This document shows, piece after piece, positions 9,691-19,600 of a stretch of 64,000 nt of DNA. The position numbers were made by a program, and so were the translations under genes. How positions within the stretch are numbered: position 1 is the first letter of the stretch; each line of letters starts with the position of its first letter. This stretch comes from an uncultured Alphaproteobacteria bacterium. Lineage in GTDB: Bacteria; Pseudomonadota; Alphaproteobacteria; Rs-D84. Under the pieces are notes generated by a model. That model saw only the letters and a program-made list of their open reading frames with translations, searched no databases and was not told the origin of the DNA. The stretch covers positions 15,353 through 79,352 of the forward strand of contig CALXMC010000002.1 of the NCBI GenBank assembly GCA_944389385.1, given 5' to 3'.

Positions 9691-11799
9691 CTATTCACAT
9701 GCACCGTGCGATTTCGCAACCGGATAGTTTTCCAGACATACACTGCCCGAAACTGTGCATGCGCCCGGAACCAATGTTATGGCATTGCTGTCCGCGGGTT
9801 TATAGTTAATTTGCGCCGATGCACACTGGTTCAAGTCAGTTATCGAATTGCACGAACGACGCCATGAATCACAATCTGAGGCAGAACCAGTCGGACTGAC
9901 CGTTTCCGGCAAATTCAGATTCCATTTTACATAGAAATCTTTCAGTGATTCAATTGCGTATGATTTGTTATATCCGACCTGGGCCAGGTTATCGCCAACA
10001 TGACAACTGATGTTGCTGCGTTCGACAAATGCAGTTATCGCGGTTGCCAACCCACCTGCGCCTGCACCAACGCCCGCGCCAATGCCGATTGCTTTACCCA
10101 TGTTGGATTCTTCGCCGTTTCGCAACAAGTCTGTGACGTCGGCGTTGAATATCCGTGACAAGATATCGTTTGCCTGTTGACATGTCATATATTGGGGTTC
10201 GTCACAATGCAGTAATGCCAACGGTACGTCCGTGGTTGCGTATGTTTCGGCTATTTTGGTTTGTGATACTAATTTGACCGTTGCGTGTTGTGGGTCGATG
10301 CCATACTTGTTGATGAATTCGTTTTGGCAACTTGTTGCATCATCGCTGGAACACGCGAAACTGACGTTATTCAAGTAATTTTCACATTCATCAACTGTGT
10401 CGAATTGTGTGCATGCAGTGGCGTATTGACTGAAACATTCGCCCGCATCCATGGAACCACAGTTCAATGACGTTGCAAATTTGAATATCGTGCTGTTTAT
10501 GTTGATTATGTCAAAACTGATGCCTTCCCCAAAATCAAACAGTTTTGTAATCTGTTCGCATTGGTCGATGGACACCATTTCAGTTATTGCAGATATTTTC
10601 AAAGATGGATCGTCAATGAATTCATTCACAGAACCAATCAAACCATCGTTCTTTAACAAATCGGTCAACATCTCACGATGTTTATCACGTGTGCAATCAA
10701 ACGCGCGGTCGCCATGACCCGCAATTGCACCAACGCCCGCGCCAACAACTGCGCCGCCACCGATACCCACAACCGCCGCAGTATTTGTTTGATTCATTAA
10801 CGAAAATCCGAATAAATCGCGATTGCATGTGAATGTATCGCCCGCGCGACGCCATACTTCGGCGGGTTGGTCGTTACCGACCGCACCGAATAACCAACTG
10901 TTTTTAATTTGTTGATTTTTGTTGTATGCCGCAACACGTATCCAACATTCAGCGGTTTCTGGATCCCAACGGGCGTAGTGTCCGCGTGCACCATCAACGC
11001 CCGAGTTGCCATAGTTTAATGCAGCACCCTGGGGGTTGCGTTTCACCAATATTCCGCCGTTTTGATTGTTGTATGCACCTGTGCTGATGTTGTATTCAGA
11101 TGTAACACTGCCTGCATTCGATACCGCATCAAATGATGGACCGTACGTATTTACATCCAAAAGTTTGCATGTGTTTTCAGCCTGGTACGGGGTTAATCCA
11201 GTTTTGCGTAATACAAAGTTATAGTATGTTGGTTGAACCTTGCGCGAGTTAAAGTCAATCCATACATCAGACGGCATACGATATACGTTGGAACAATCCT
11301 GGCGTACTTCGGCTATGCAGCGTTCAACCTGGGGTTGACATAAATTCATGCCGTTTATGATGGAATTGCGCAATTCCGTGTTAAACATGTCGTTAATGCC
11401 GCCGGGCAGGGCGCCACTGTTGATACATAACAACAAATCATCCATACAGTTATCAACCGTGTATGTTGAATTTTCAACGCCACCATCGGGGCATTCGGGT
11501 TCTGGATCCGGGTCTGGGTCTGGATCAGGATCTGGATCTGGGTCCGGATCTGGATCCGGTTGATCCGGATTGTCCGGCGTGACAGATGGTAAATTTGGTG
11601 AAGTATTACCGACCGTAAAATTTGGTAATGTCGGCATTGTTGGCATGCGTTGAGACGAACCGGCCGTTGTGGCCGCAGCACGCCCAGATGGTGCAGTATT
11701 GGCGCCACTGCGTGCGGTAACCGCGTCCGCCGAGCCGATTATTGCACATACAACAAATCCCGTTAATGGTGTCAAAAATAACCTGTGCCAAGATTTCAT
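9691..11799 (-). CDS. Secreted Cys-rich protein (702 aa) with Pro-Asp repeat linker and two glycine-zipper segments
   Basis: Signal-like N-terminus, (PD)n tract, AAVVGIGGGAVVGAGVGAIAG and AIGIGAGVGAGAGGLATAI segments, many Cys. Confidence 0.85.
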   Translation of the reverse strand: MKSWHRLFLTPLTGFVVCAIIGSADAVTARSGANTAPSGRAAATTAGSSQRMPTMPTLPNFTVGNTSPNLPSVTPDNPDQPDPDPDPDPDPDPDPDPDPEPECPDGGVENSTYTVDNCMDDLLLCINSGALPGGINDMFNTELRNSIINGMNLCQPQVERCIAEVRQDCSNVYRMPSDVWIDFNSRKVQPTYYNFVLRKTGLTPYQAENTCKLLDVNTYGPSFDAVSNAGSVTSEYNISTGAYNNQNGGILVKRNPQGAALNYGNSGVDGARGHYARWDPETAECWIRVAAYNKNQQIKNSWLFGAVGNDQPAEVWRRAGDTFTCNRDLFGFSLMNQTNTAAVVGIGGGAVVGAGVGAIAGHGDRAFDCTRDKHREMLTDLLKNDGLIGSVNEFIDDPSLKISAITEMVSIDQCEQITKLFDFGEGISFDIININSTIFKFATSLNCGSMDAGECFSQYATACTQFDTVDECENYLNNVSFACSSDDATSCQNEFINKYGIDPQHATVKLVSQTKIAETYATTDVPLALLHCDEPQYMTCQQANDILSRIFNADVTDLLRNGEESNMGKAIGIGAGVGAGAGGLATAITAFVERSNISCHVGDNLAQVGYNKSYAIESLKDFYVKWNLNLPETVSPTGSASDCDSWRRSCNSITDLNQCASAQINYKPADSNAITLVPGACTVSGSVCLENYPVAKSHGACE

Positions 11800-11886
11800 A
11801 AGGAATCTCCCCCTTCTGTCATTTCTGTAATTATATCACTAATCAGGATATAAACAAAGCACTTTTTGGATATAATAGTAAACGGG

Positions 11887-11914
11887 TTGACAAATATATA
11901 AAATTGTCTATAAT
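11887..11914 (+). promoter_or_regulatory. Consensus sigma70 promoter
   Basis: TTGACA-N16-TATAAT, 6 nt upstream of GTG 11921. Confidence 0.75.
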
Positions 11915-11920
11915 TTCAGT

Positions 11921-12895
11921 GTGAAGAAAATATTTAAATTTTTGCAGAAAAATAAATATGCCATTGTGTGGACGGGCTGTTATGTCGCGATAATGTGGGC
12001 AATTTTGAAATTCATGTTCAATTTTGATATGTTTTCGGTCGCACAATGGAATGTTTTGGTACATGCCCAGTTGCGCGGATTCCCGGGTTTTGTGTTTGGT
12101 ATCTTGATTCTGGCGGCTTTACCGTTATATATTGCCACAACAATGGTTGTTGTGCGTACGGGTAAACCGTTGATTAAATTAAGCGTTCCAAAGTTTATGA
12201 CACCCGTTGCAATCGATGATGGTAAAAAGAAAGATGATGCGGCACCCGTCGTAAAAACAGATCCAAAACCAGATGATAAAAAAATTATTCCCACAGAATT
12301 ACAGGCTGCATTTGACCGGGCGCGTGTGCATGGTGGTGCGGCTGCGCCAAAATCTGTGTTTGATATTGGCAACATGATGACGCAAAAATCAGAGCGCGCC
12401 GACGATAATTCTGTCCCAGAATTACAGCCGTCAGACGCGTTTCCATTGCCGAATGATTTTGATTTGTCGGTGGGGGATGCGGTGCCGTCTTTTACGCCTG
12501 TGTTTTCCGATATGGATTTCGAGGTTGAAGATACCGATGACGATGTTATGCGCACGCATGGTGTTGGTGGTGCGGTTGGCGATTTTTTGACCAATAATGG
12601 TGTTAATTTTAATATGGACGGTGATGTTGTGTTGACTGCACGGGATGCGATTGCCGTGCATAATGACCCTGATTTTTGGGTGGCGGATGATGATGCTTGG
12701 TTTGCAAATGGCAATCAGAAAACATCGCCCATTGCGAATGTGTTGGATGTGGCGGCTGCGCACGGGTTGCGGCCTGTGCTGTATTTGGGCGCGACCAATA
12801 TTATGGATTTGGATGCGCGTCGTGCGGCGTGGGAATCCATGGGTGTTACCGTTATTACTGATTTGAATGATTTGTTGGGGGCTAGTTACTCGTAA
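11921..12895 (+). CDS. Hypothetical membrane protein (two N-terminal TM segments)
   Basis: 324-aa ORF with hydrophobic YAIVWTGCYVAIMWAIL and GFVFGILILAALPLYIA; consensus promoter upstream. Confidence 0.8.
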   Translation: MKKIFKFLQKNKYAIVWTGCYVAIMWAILKFMFNFDMFSVAQWNVLVHAQLRGFPGFVFGILILAALPLYIATTMVVVRTGKPLIKLSVPKFMTPVAIDDGKKKDDAAPVVKTDPKPDDKKIIPTELQAAFDRARVHGGAAAPKSVFDIGNMMTQKSERADDNSVPELQPSDAFPLPNDFDLSVGDAVPSFTPVFSDMDFEVEDTDDDVMRTHGVGGAVGDFLTNNGVNFNMDGDVVLTARDAIAVHNDPDFWVADDDAWFANGNQKTSPIANVLDVAAAHGLRPVLYLGATNIMDLDARRAAWESMGVTVITDLNDLLGASYS

Positions 12896-13125
12896 TTCGT
12901 TACTGGTTACTCGTGCCACCCCCCGTCGCGCGGGGCGCGCCACCCCCCGCCCCCAGAATCCACCCACGCAAACTTTGTTTGCGCGGGGCCCGGTGTGGGA
13001 CGGTGGGGATTAAACCACCCCGGGCTTGACCACCCACGCGACACGTCGCGCGGGGCCCGGTGCCGCCCACCCCTCCGCTAGATGAGGAACTTAGACCGCG
13101 ACGGAATGAGGTGAGGTCCCGTCAC
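12885..13125. repeat. Composite palindromic repeat cluster 3
   Basis: gttactcgtaattcgttactggttactcg, accccccgtcgc and accaccccgggc...cccctccgctagatgaggaact modules with nested mini-hairpins. Confidence 0.85.
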
Positions 13126-13147
13126 GTGGGCAAATATTGGAATCTGT

Positions 13148-13178
13148 AAAAAAAAACGGGGCGTGCCCCGTTTTTTTT
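13148..13178. terminator. Bidirectional intrinsic terminator
   Basis: aaaaaaaaacggggc-gt-gccccgtttttttt between convergent genes. Confidence 0.8.
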
Positions 13179-13186
13179 ATATTGGA

Positions 13187-14776
13187 TTATTCCGTGATAG
13201 TGGTGGTACCACCACCGCCTGTGTCAGTATTGACGCTGATGCTGCCATTGGGGCGGGGTATTGTGTTTAATGCTTCGGTACGTCTTGCGGCTGCATCGTC
13301 TTGTATCCTTTGTGACACTTGTGCGGTGTATGTCGCTGTCTTTTCGTTGGCGGTTTTCTTTTGTTTTCTTGTGCCCGTTGGGTTTCTTTGGTTAAGCGGT
13401 TGATCGCCGCCTGGTTGTTCAGATGGTGCTTCTGTACCAGTTTTATCCCCGTCGCTGGTGGTCTGAGGGGCTTCGCCGTCGTCGGCTTTTTTATCCCCGT
13501 TGTCGCCGTAATTCTTTTCGTGTTCTTTTTCGGCCTTTCTTACGGCGTTTTCAGCCTTGGTTCGGTCAATTGCCCGGTCAATTGCGCCAGATGTTATCGC
13601 ACCCGCCGCAACACCAATACCCGCACCCATAAATCCAGATGTGGCGGATGATTGCTCGCGCGTTGCACGGTACGCATTTTCCATAAATGTTGTAACGTCG
13701 ATGCCAAACCAATTCGGGGTGCAGTCAAATACACCACCGGCATAGGCCTTTTTCGATGCGAATAATGTTGTGCTGTCGCCGGCATAGAATTCAACCGTAA
13801 ATACACAACTGAATGTACGTTCGTCAAATGTTGCACCCAACATTTGGCATTGGTTCATCATATCGTCGCGCAATTCGTACAGACGTTCTTCGTCGCGTTT
13901 AACCTGTTCTTCGGCATCAACACGCAGATTGGCAAATACCTGCATCGCGCGGGATGCCAGACCGCTGTCTTGTTCACGGCAATTTTCTGCAATTGTTTTG
14001 CATTTTGCAATTGCTGCATCGCCGGCCGACTTGCCCAGGCATTTTGAAAATGTTGTGCCGCATTCAGTAATTATGCAATCGTTGTAAGTGTTGCCGCAAT
14101 CCAATATGTTTTCATAATATGCCATTTCGGCGTTAAAATCGCGATCCGCCTTGATTTCCGCCGCAAATTTGCTGAATGCCGTGCCGGTGCAGTTTGCGTC
14201 GATGCTGTTGCGGCAACTGTCCAATTTGGTGCCCCATAATGTATCTGTGTCGCCCGCGCATTCTGTGAAATCGTTACCACATTTTTCGCGCATACAACTG
14301 CGTAATTCCACATCGCAGGCGCTTTGATTGCCACTGGTTGTGGTTGTCGCGGCCGCAATCGCATCCAATGCGTCCAGTTCCGCACGTTGAGACGCAATTA
14401 AATCGGCCAAACGTTCGGATGATGCATCCGATGATTCGGTTGTGTATGATAAATAATCGTCAAACTGGGATGTTTTGTCTTCGATAACAACTTCGGGTTC
14501 TGGTTCAGGTTCCGGTTCAGGCGTAGGCTCTGGTTGGGTTTCTGGCGTTGTTGTCGATGTGTCGGTTGATGTTACGCCAGATGACGATACCGATGTCGTG
14601 GGCATACGTGCCCCAACAGTGCCACGCGTTGATACACGTGCCGATGTTTCCGTCGGTGCCGCACGCGAAACAACCGCTGCATCCGCGCCAGGTGCAAGCA
14701 ATGCAACCACCGCGGCACATATTACACCACAATGTGCAAATTTGATTTGATAAAGATTATGTTTCAATCCAATCAT
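13187..14776 (-). CDS. Secreted Cys-rich protein (up to 529 aa) with Pro-Glu linker and glycine zipper
   Basis: Hydrophobic leader, TPEPEPEPEP linker, CMREKCGNDFTEC and CIITECGTTFSKC repeats, GFMGAGIGVAAGAITSG; start overlaps the stop of the upstream gene. Confidence 0.8.
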   Translation of the reverse strand: MIGLKHNLYQIKFAHCGVICAAVVALLAPGADAAVVSRAAPTETSARVSTRGTVGARMPTTSVSSSGVTSTDTSTTTPETQPEPTPEPEPEPEPEVVIEDKTSQFDDYLSYTTESSDASSERLADLIASQRAELDALDAIAAATTTTSGNQSACDVELRSCMREKCGNDFTECAGDTDTLWGTKLDSCRNSIDANCTGTAFSKFAAEIKADRDFNAEMAYYENILDCGNTYNDCIITECGTTFSKCLGKSAGDAAIAKCKTIAENCREQDSGLASRAMQVFANLRVDAEEQVKRDEERLYELRDDMMNQCQMLGATFDERTFSCVFTVEFYAGDSTTLFASKKAYAGGVFDCTPNWFGIDVTTFMENAYRATREQSSATSGFMGAGIGVAAGAITSGAIDRAIDRTKAENAVRKAEKEHEKNYGDNGDKKADDGEAPQTTSDGDKTGTEAPSEQPGGDQPLNQRNPTGTRKQKKTANEKTATYTAQVSQRIQDDAAARRTEALNTIPRPNGSISVNTDTGGGGTTTITE

Positions 14777-15666
14777 TGCAAATCCAACAGTTCACACGCC
14801 AAATCATAAAACTCGCACAATAATTCGGCGTTTACACGTTCCGATTCATAACCCACTGCGCATTTATTGGGCATGTTTTGTTCGCATACAGTTTCAACGC
14901 ATGTTGTGCGCCCCGATGCGTCACGGCACATCGCGCGCGCAGATGCCAATTTTTGTTCACGCGCATTCTGGTAACCGGCAACAATGCTGTCAATCAAGGC
15001 GTCCGCACTGGCAATAGCAGAATCGCGATCGTCCGTCATCGTTGTGCGAATGTCTGCAATAAACCCGCTGCAATCATTATCCTGGACCGCGCATGTTGAT
15101 AAAAATTCATCAAACGATGCGTCGTCGGCACAATTTGACCAATCAGAACCGCACCGATTCGCCGCAATCATGCACGTACGAATCGACATCGTGCATGTCG
15201 CCAGGTTCGCTTTACTTTTATTCCGGTCGGCCAAAGTTTCGGCCAATTGGGCAGAAACACCCGCCGCACGACACGATTGTTCAATTAACTTGTCATAATT
15301 ATCGGTAACATCGTCGGGGGTACAGCCCTGGACCTTTTCAATACATTTCGCAGTTGCCCATGCGTAACGTTGGCCGGGGTCGGTTGGGGCGTTTTCCAAT
15401 TCATCGTCGCTGATTGTATATCGTGCAGATGCGCCCAAAGATAAACTGACCATTCCACCCAATTTTGAAGGCGGTTCGCCCGCACTGGATGTGCCGCAAT
15501 ATTGACACCGGGCGGACGGATTCGATGATACGTTTATCGCACATACCGAGTCCAAACAACGCGTCAAATTCATTACAGAACATGTGGCCGCCGCAGCAAT
15601 CCCAGGGCAGGTCGATATAATAACCGTAAATAATAATGTGCGTGTTTTCATTTCTCTCTTGTGCAT
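14773..15666 (-). CDS. Secreted Cys-rich protein (about 292 aa; probable start at MKTRTLL)
   Basis: Signal peptide, CLDSVC...ARCQYCG and CMIAANRCGSDWSNC motifs resembling the A/B/C family. Confidence 0.8.
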   Translation of the reverse strand: MHKREMKTRTLLFTVIISTCPGIAAAATCSVMNLTRCLDSVCAINVSSNPSARCQYCGTSSAGEPPSKLGGMVSLSLGASARYTISDDELENAPTDPGQRYAWATAKCIEKVQGCTPDDVTDNYDKLIEQSCRAAGVSAQLAETLADRNKSKANLATCTMSIRTCMIAANRCGSDWSNCADDASFDEFLSTCAVQDNDCSGFIADIRTTMTDDRDSAIASADALIDSIVAGYQNAREQKLASARAMCRDASGRTTCVETVCEQNMPNKCAVGYESERVNAELLCEFYDLACELLDLQ

Positions 15667-15793
15667 CAGTATATCAAAAAATGCAATTTGTGCAAAGTGA
15701 AAATAACAGGTGGTAAATTTTTATTTTTATTATACTTGACAAAAGAAATATTTTGTCCTATGTTATAGGTGAACTTGAAACAAAGGATTAAAA

Positions 15794-16513
15794 ATGAATT
15801 GGAAAAGAGCAATTGGTTGGAGTGCCGGTGTTGTTGGGGCTGCGGCAGTTATCTTTTTGGCCGTGCGTGCATGTGACAACAGTGGCGTTCGTAACGAGAT
15901 TTTGGCGACGCGGGCCCGTGTTAACGAGGCGCGTGCCAAATTAGACAGCTTGGCAAAACAAAATCAGGCTTATCGTGATTCTGTTGCTATGTGGCGCGAT
16001 TCCACAGCAAAGGTTAATGAAAAATTGGCTGAATGCGAGAAAGGTTCAAAACCTGCACAGGCAAATCCTGGTAAAAAGCCAGCGCCGAAAAAACCGGCAA
16101 AACCACAGGATGCGAAACCAAAAGTTATTCGCGATACTGTTTTTGTCGAAAAGCAGGCTATGCCAATTATCCCAGAAGGTAATAATACAAAAATTACCGC
16201 GAATGATAACCAAAAAAATATTGTCGTTCAGAACGAAGAAGGTGGTAAAGGCAGCATGACTGAAATAAATGCTGAAAATAACCAGGGTAATATCGTTGTG
16301 AATAACGGCAGTGGTAACGTTAATATCGAAAAAGATCCATTTGTCGATATCAAGGTTGCATATCTGGAATACAAATTGGATTCGTTGGGACGTGAATTTG
16401 CCATCGTTCGTGATGAAAAAGGTAATGTAATCGACAGCGTGGTGAATGCTGTATCCCAAGGAACTTACAAAGAAGTTATCAGACGTCGTGTGAAATTTAA
16501 TAAGCAACGCTAA
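15794..16513 (+). CDS. Hypothetical membrane-anchored coiled-coil protein
   Basis: AAGGA RBS, TTGACA-N17-TATGTT promoter at 15736-15764, N-terminal TM segment, Pro/Lys linker. Confidence 0.75.
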   Translation: MNWKRAIGWSAGVVGAAAVIFLAVRACDNSGVRNEILATRARVNEARAKLDSLAKQNQAYRDSVAMWRDSTAKVNEKLAECEKGSKPAQANPGKKPAPKKPAKPQDAKPKVIRDTVFVEKQAMPIIPEGNNTKITANDNQKNIVVQNEEGGKGSMTEINAENNQGNIVVNNGSGNVNIEKDPFVDIKVAYLEYKLDSLGREFAIVRDEKGNVIDSVVNAVSQGTYKEVIRRRVKFNKQR

Positions 16514-16619
16514 TAATTTCTTGGTGTATTTATAATGTCGGTGTCATATATGTGACACCGATTTTTTTTATAGACTTATATTTTCAAAGTGTGTTAAGAT
16601 ATTTTCTGTACAGAGAGAA

Positions 16620-19600
16620 TTGTTGATGAAATATATAAGATTATTGTTGGTTGCTTTGTTTTTGATTCCGGCGGGGTCTGCGGTTGCGGCGGTTTCGGTT
16701 TCGAATAATGAATTTATGGTTGCGGCGCAATTGTTGGCGGCTGCGAAAAATGCCGATATTCAACAGGTTCAGGCCTTGATGAACGCGGGGGCGAATATAA
16801 ATTATGTCGACAGCACGGGGTTGTCGTTGGTTTGTACGGCGCTGATGAATAATGATATTCGGGCGGCGCAAATTCTGCAAATGTATGGCGCGGACGCATC
16901 AAATTGCGATCGACAGATTAAGCAATACGAATCGCGAACTAAACCCGAACCCAGTGGGGGATTGTTCAGCGGACTGTCATCCGCCCAGACAATATCTTTG
17001 GCGGCGGCGGGGGCCGCCGTTGTTGTAGGTGGACTTTTTTTATTGACTGATTGGTTGGATCCTGGAAACGAAAACGGTGGCGGTGCGTCCAGTGGTGGAA
17101 ATCGCCCGGGCCCCGGTGGCGACGAAGGCGATGACGATGTTACAACCGAAGAAATCACAATACCTGTTGGACCGGCTTATTTTACCAAAGATGGTGACAT
17201 TGCTTACAGTGAATCTGCATATCAAGATAATTTAACGATGTGGGGAAATACGCTGAAAAAAGATTTTGATTTTTTGCGGCCGTTGGAACAGCCAACTGAT
17301 AACTATTTGACGGCGGGTATTACGGTGCCGTTGCAAAATTATTTGCTGATTATGCACGGATATTCTGCGTTCGCAAACGGATATCTGGGGCAGGAAACTT
17401 TTCGCGATAAAGAACACAATCCTGTCCAGGTGATGAATAAAACCGGCGGGGGTGAACCTGTACGAGTGTCTTTGATTACTGCGAATGGTATAAACCCTGC
17501 GGGGTCGGCCGGGCGCAGTGTGGATGGAATTGCGTGGGCTTTGTCAACTGATGCCAAGGCCGAGACCAAGGTTTATGATAAATATTATAATTATGCAAAT
17601 CCATCTGGTGGAAATTTGGGCGCAGAAAAATCTGGGTTCGATTTATCTGGCAGTGGTACCGCAATGAATCCATTTGCCACGGCGAATGAATCTGCGCTGG
17701 CCAAGGTTATTGGCGGGTGGGAGGCCGGCGGTCGTGCATACGCTGATTTGTATGGATTTGTGCCAAATGGGCAATTGTCTGTATACAGAACAGGTGGCGG
17801 TAAAGAATGGGTCGATGCCGCCGAAGAAATACGCGAAACACCGGTCGGTAATTTATATGATTTGTCAACAACTGCTGATATTGCAGGCGAAGTAAATCCC
17901 GGCGATACTATCGAATTGGGCGGCGTTGTGTATAAAATTTTAAGCGTTTCGTCTGATGAGGCATTGGATAAACCCGATGGGGGCAGTTCTGACAGCGCGA
18001 CCAGCAGTGTTACACGCCCAACAATCACAATTGGTGGGACTAAGTTTGAAGTTGGTGCGGGCAGTCCTTTGTTAGTTGGGCGGTGCGATATGGAAAATTG
18101 TGCCGATGTTGGTGATATTGCAATATATCAGGGCGATGATGGATATTATTATGTGAATACTACGGGTGGCAGCGGCCCTGATATGGTTTATGATATTCGA
18201 GACGGTGTGATATATCAACAAAAGGAATTGGTGCAATCCCAGGTACGTACGTTCGAGGCTTTGTATGATGCGTTTATAGGGGATGGGGCGAATGTTTTGG
18301 CTAACTTGGCGGTTAACCCAGACTCGCGTAAAAATTCATATCTGAATACGAATCAAATCGAGGCGATTTTTGCGGGATTGGGCAATGGTACAGACGATAT
18401 GACAAAATTTGAAGCCTTGATAGATTATTATTATAAAAATCCCAATCAGACCGATGAAGATTCTGATTCTGGCCGCGGTCAGGGATATTATGCGGGATCT
18501 GTGTTCGGGCGTTATAATTCGGGATCGCCGATTTTGGTTATGCCTGCGGGTGAATTTGAATGGGGGCTGGGGGACGGTAAAAATCCCGATGCACTGGATG
18601 CAACGTTCGAAAACTATGCGCCGGCACTGTATGATAACAGATTGGAACATTTATTCATGACCGTTGTCGCGGTTCAACATGCAACAAATTCTAATTATCC
18701 ATTGGAAGAGGGTACCGCCCCCGCAGACAGTATTACTGATTATGGTAATGGGGTTGAATATGGGCCGCTGTATTTGTCCCAGTGGACGGACACCAAAGGC
18801 ACAGAAACAACCGATGATGATGTTATATATATGTCACGTAAATGCGGTATTGCAGGTTTGGGAATAAATGGTGTCGATCCGTGGTGCTTTTCGGCGGCGG
18901 GTCCCACAACCGAGATAGCGGCGGCATCCGCGGCGGGGGCTGTTGCGGCGTTGCAGGGCGCGTTTTCTTACATGAGTAATGGTGAAATATTTACTTTGTT
19001 GGCGCTGACTGCTGATGGGGCTTATTTGGGATATAAAGATGATGGCACAAGATTTACAACGGATACTTTGGTTGAATATTTGCAGGATATGTATTCTTTG
19101 CCACCGGAATATGCCAAACAAAATTTGCAGGGGAAAGAATATTTGAAGGCCTTTGCCGAGGTTTATGGTTATGGCATGATAAATCTGGAACGCGCAATGA
19201 CGCCTGGGAAACGTGTGTTTTATTATGATGGCGATGAAATTGTTTCGGGGCGTGGCGAATTTTTCCGCAGTGCGTCTGCCAATACTGTATTCCGCGCATC
19301 GTCTGTGTTTGGGCCGGGCAGTGCAACAATCAGTGCGCCGTTCTTTGATATTCTGGAAAGTGTTAATGGCGATATGTCTTTGCCACGCATTTGGAAAAAT
19401 GAGTTTGCGCTGGGGGTAACTGATAAACGTGGTTTGTATATGGGCGATGTTTTGGGCGAATTTACAACGCGCCGTGATGCACCGCAACGTGTCCAGTTTG
19501 GAAACTTTGGTTTTTCAATGACTGTGTCTGAAAAAGAATATGTCGATAACCTGAATGGTTTGGATAATATCCGTTTGGATTATACGCATGGTAATTGGAA

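Noticed and set aside
11980-12714. Long antisense ORFs (for example 11980-12714, 18834-19487, 19622-20299, 47656-48348)
   Set aside because: Shadow frames of well-supported genes on the opposite strand with no recognisable motifs.
910-15666. Prophage or eukaryotic contamination as the source of the Cys-rich genes
   Set aside because: No phage hallmark genes; the genes have bacterial promoters, signal peptides and terminators, and are interleaved with core genes such as rplQ and infA.
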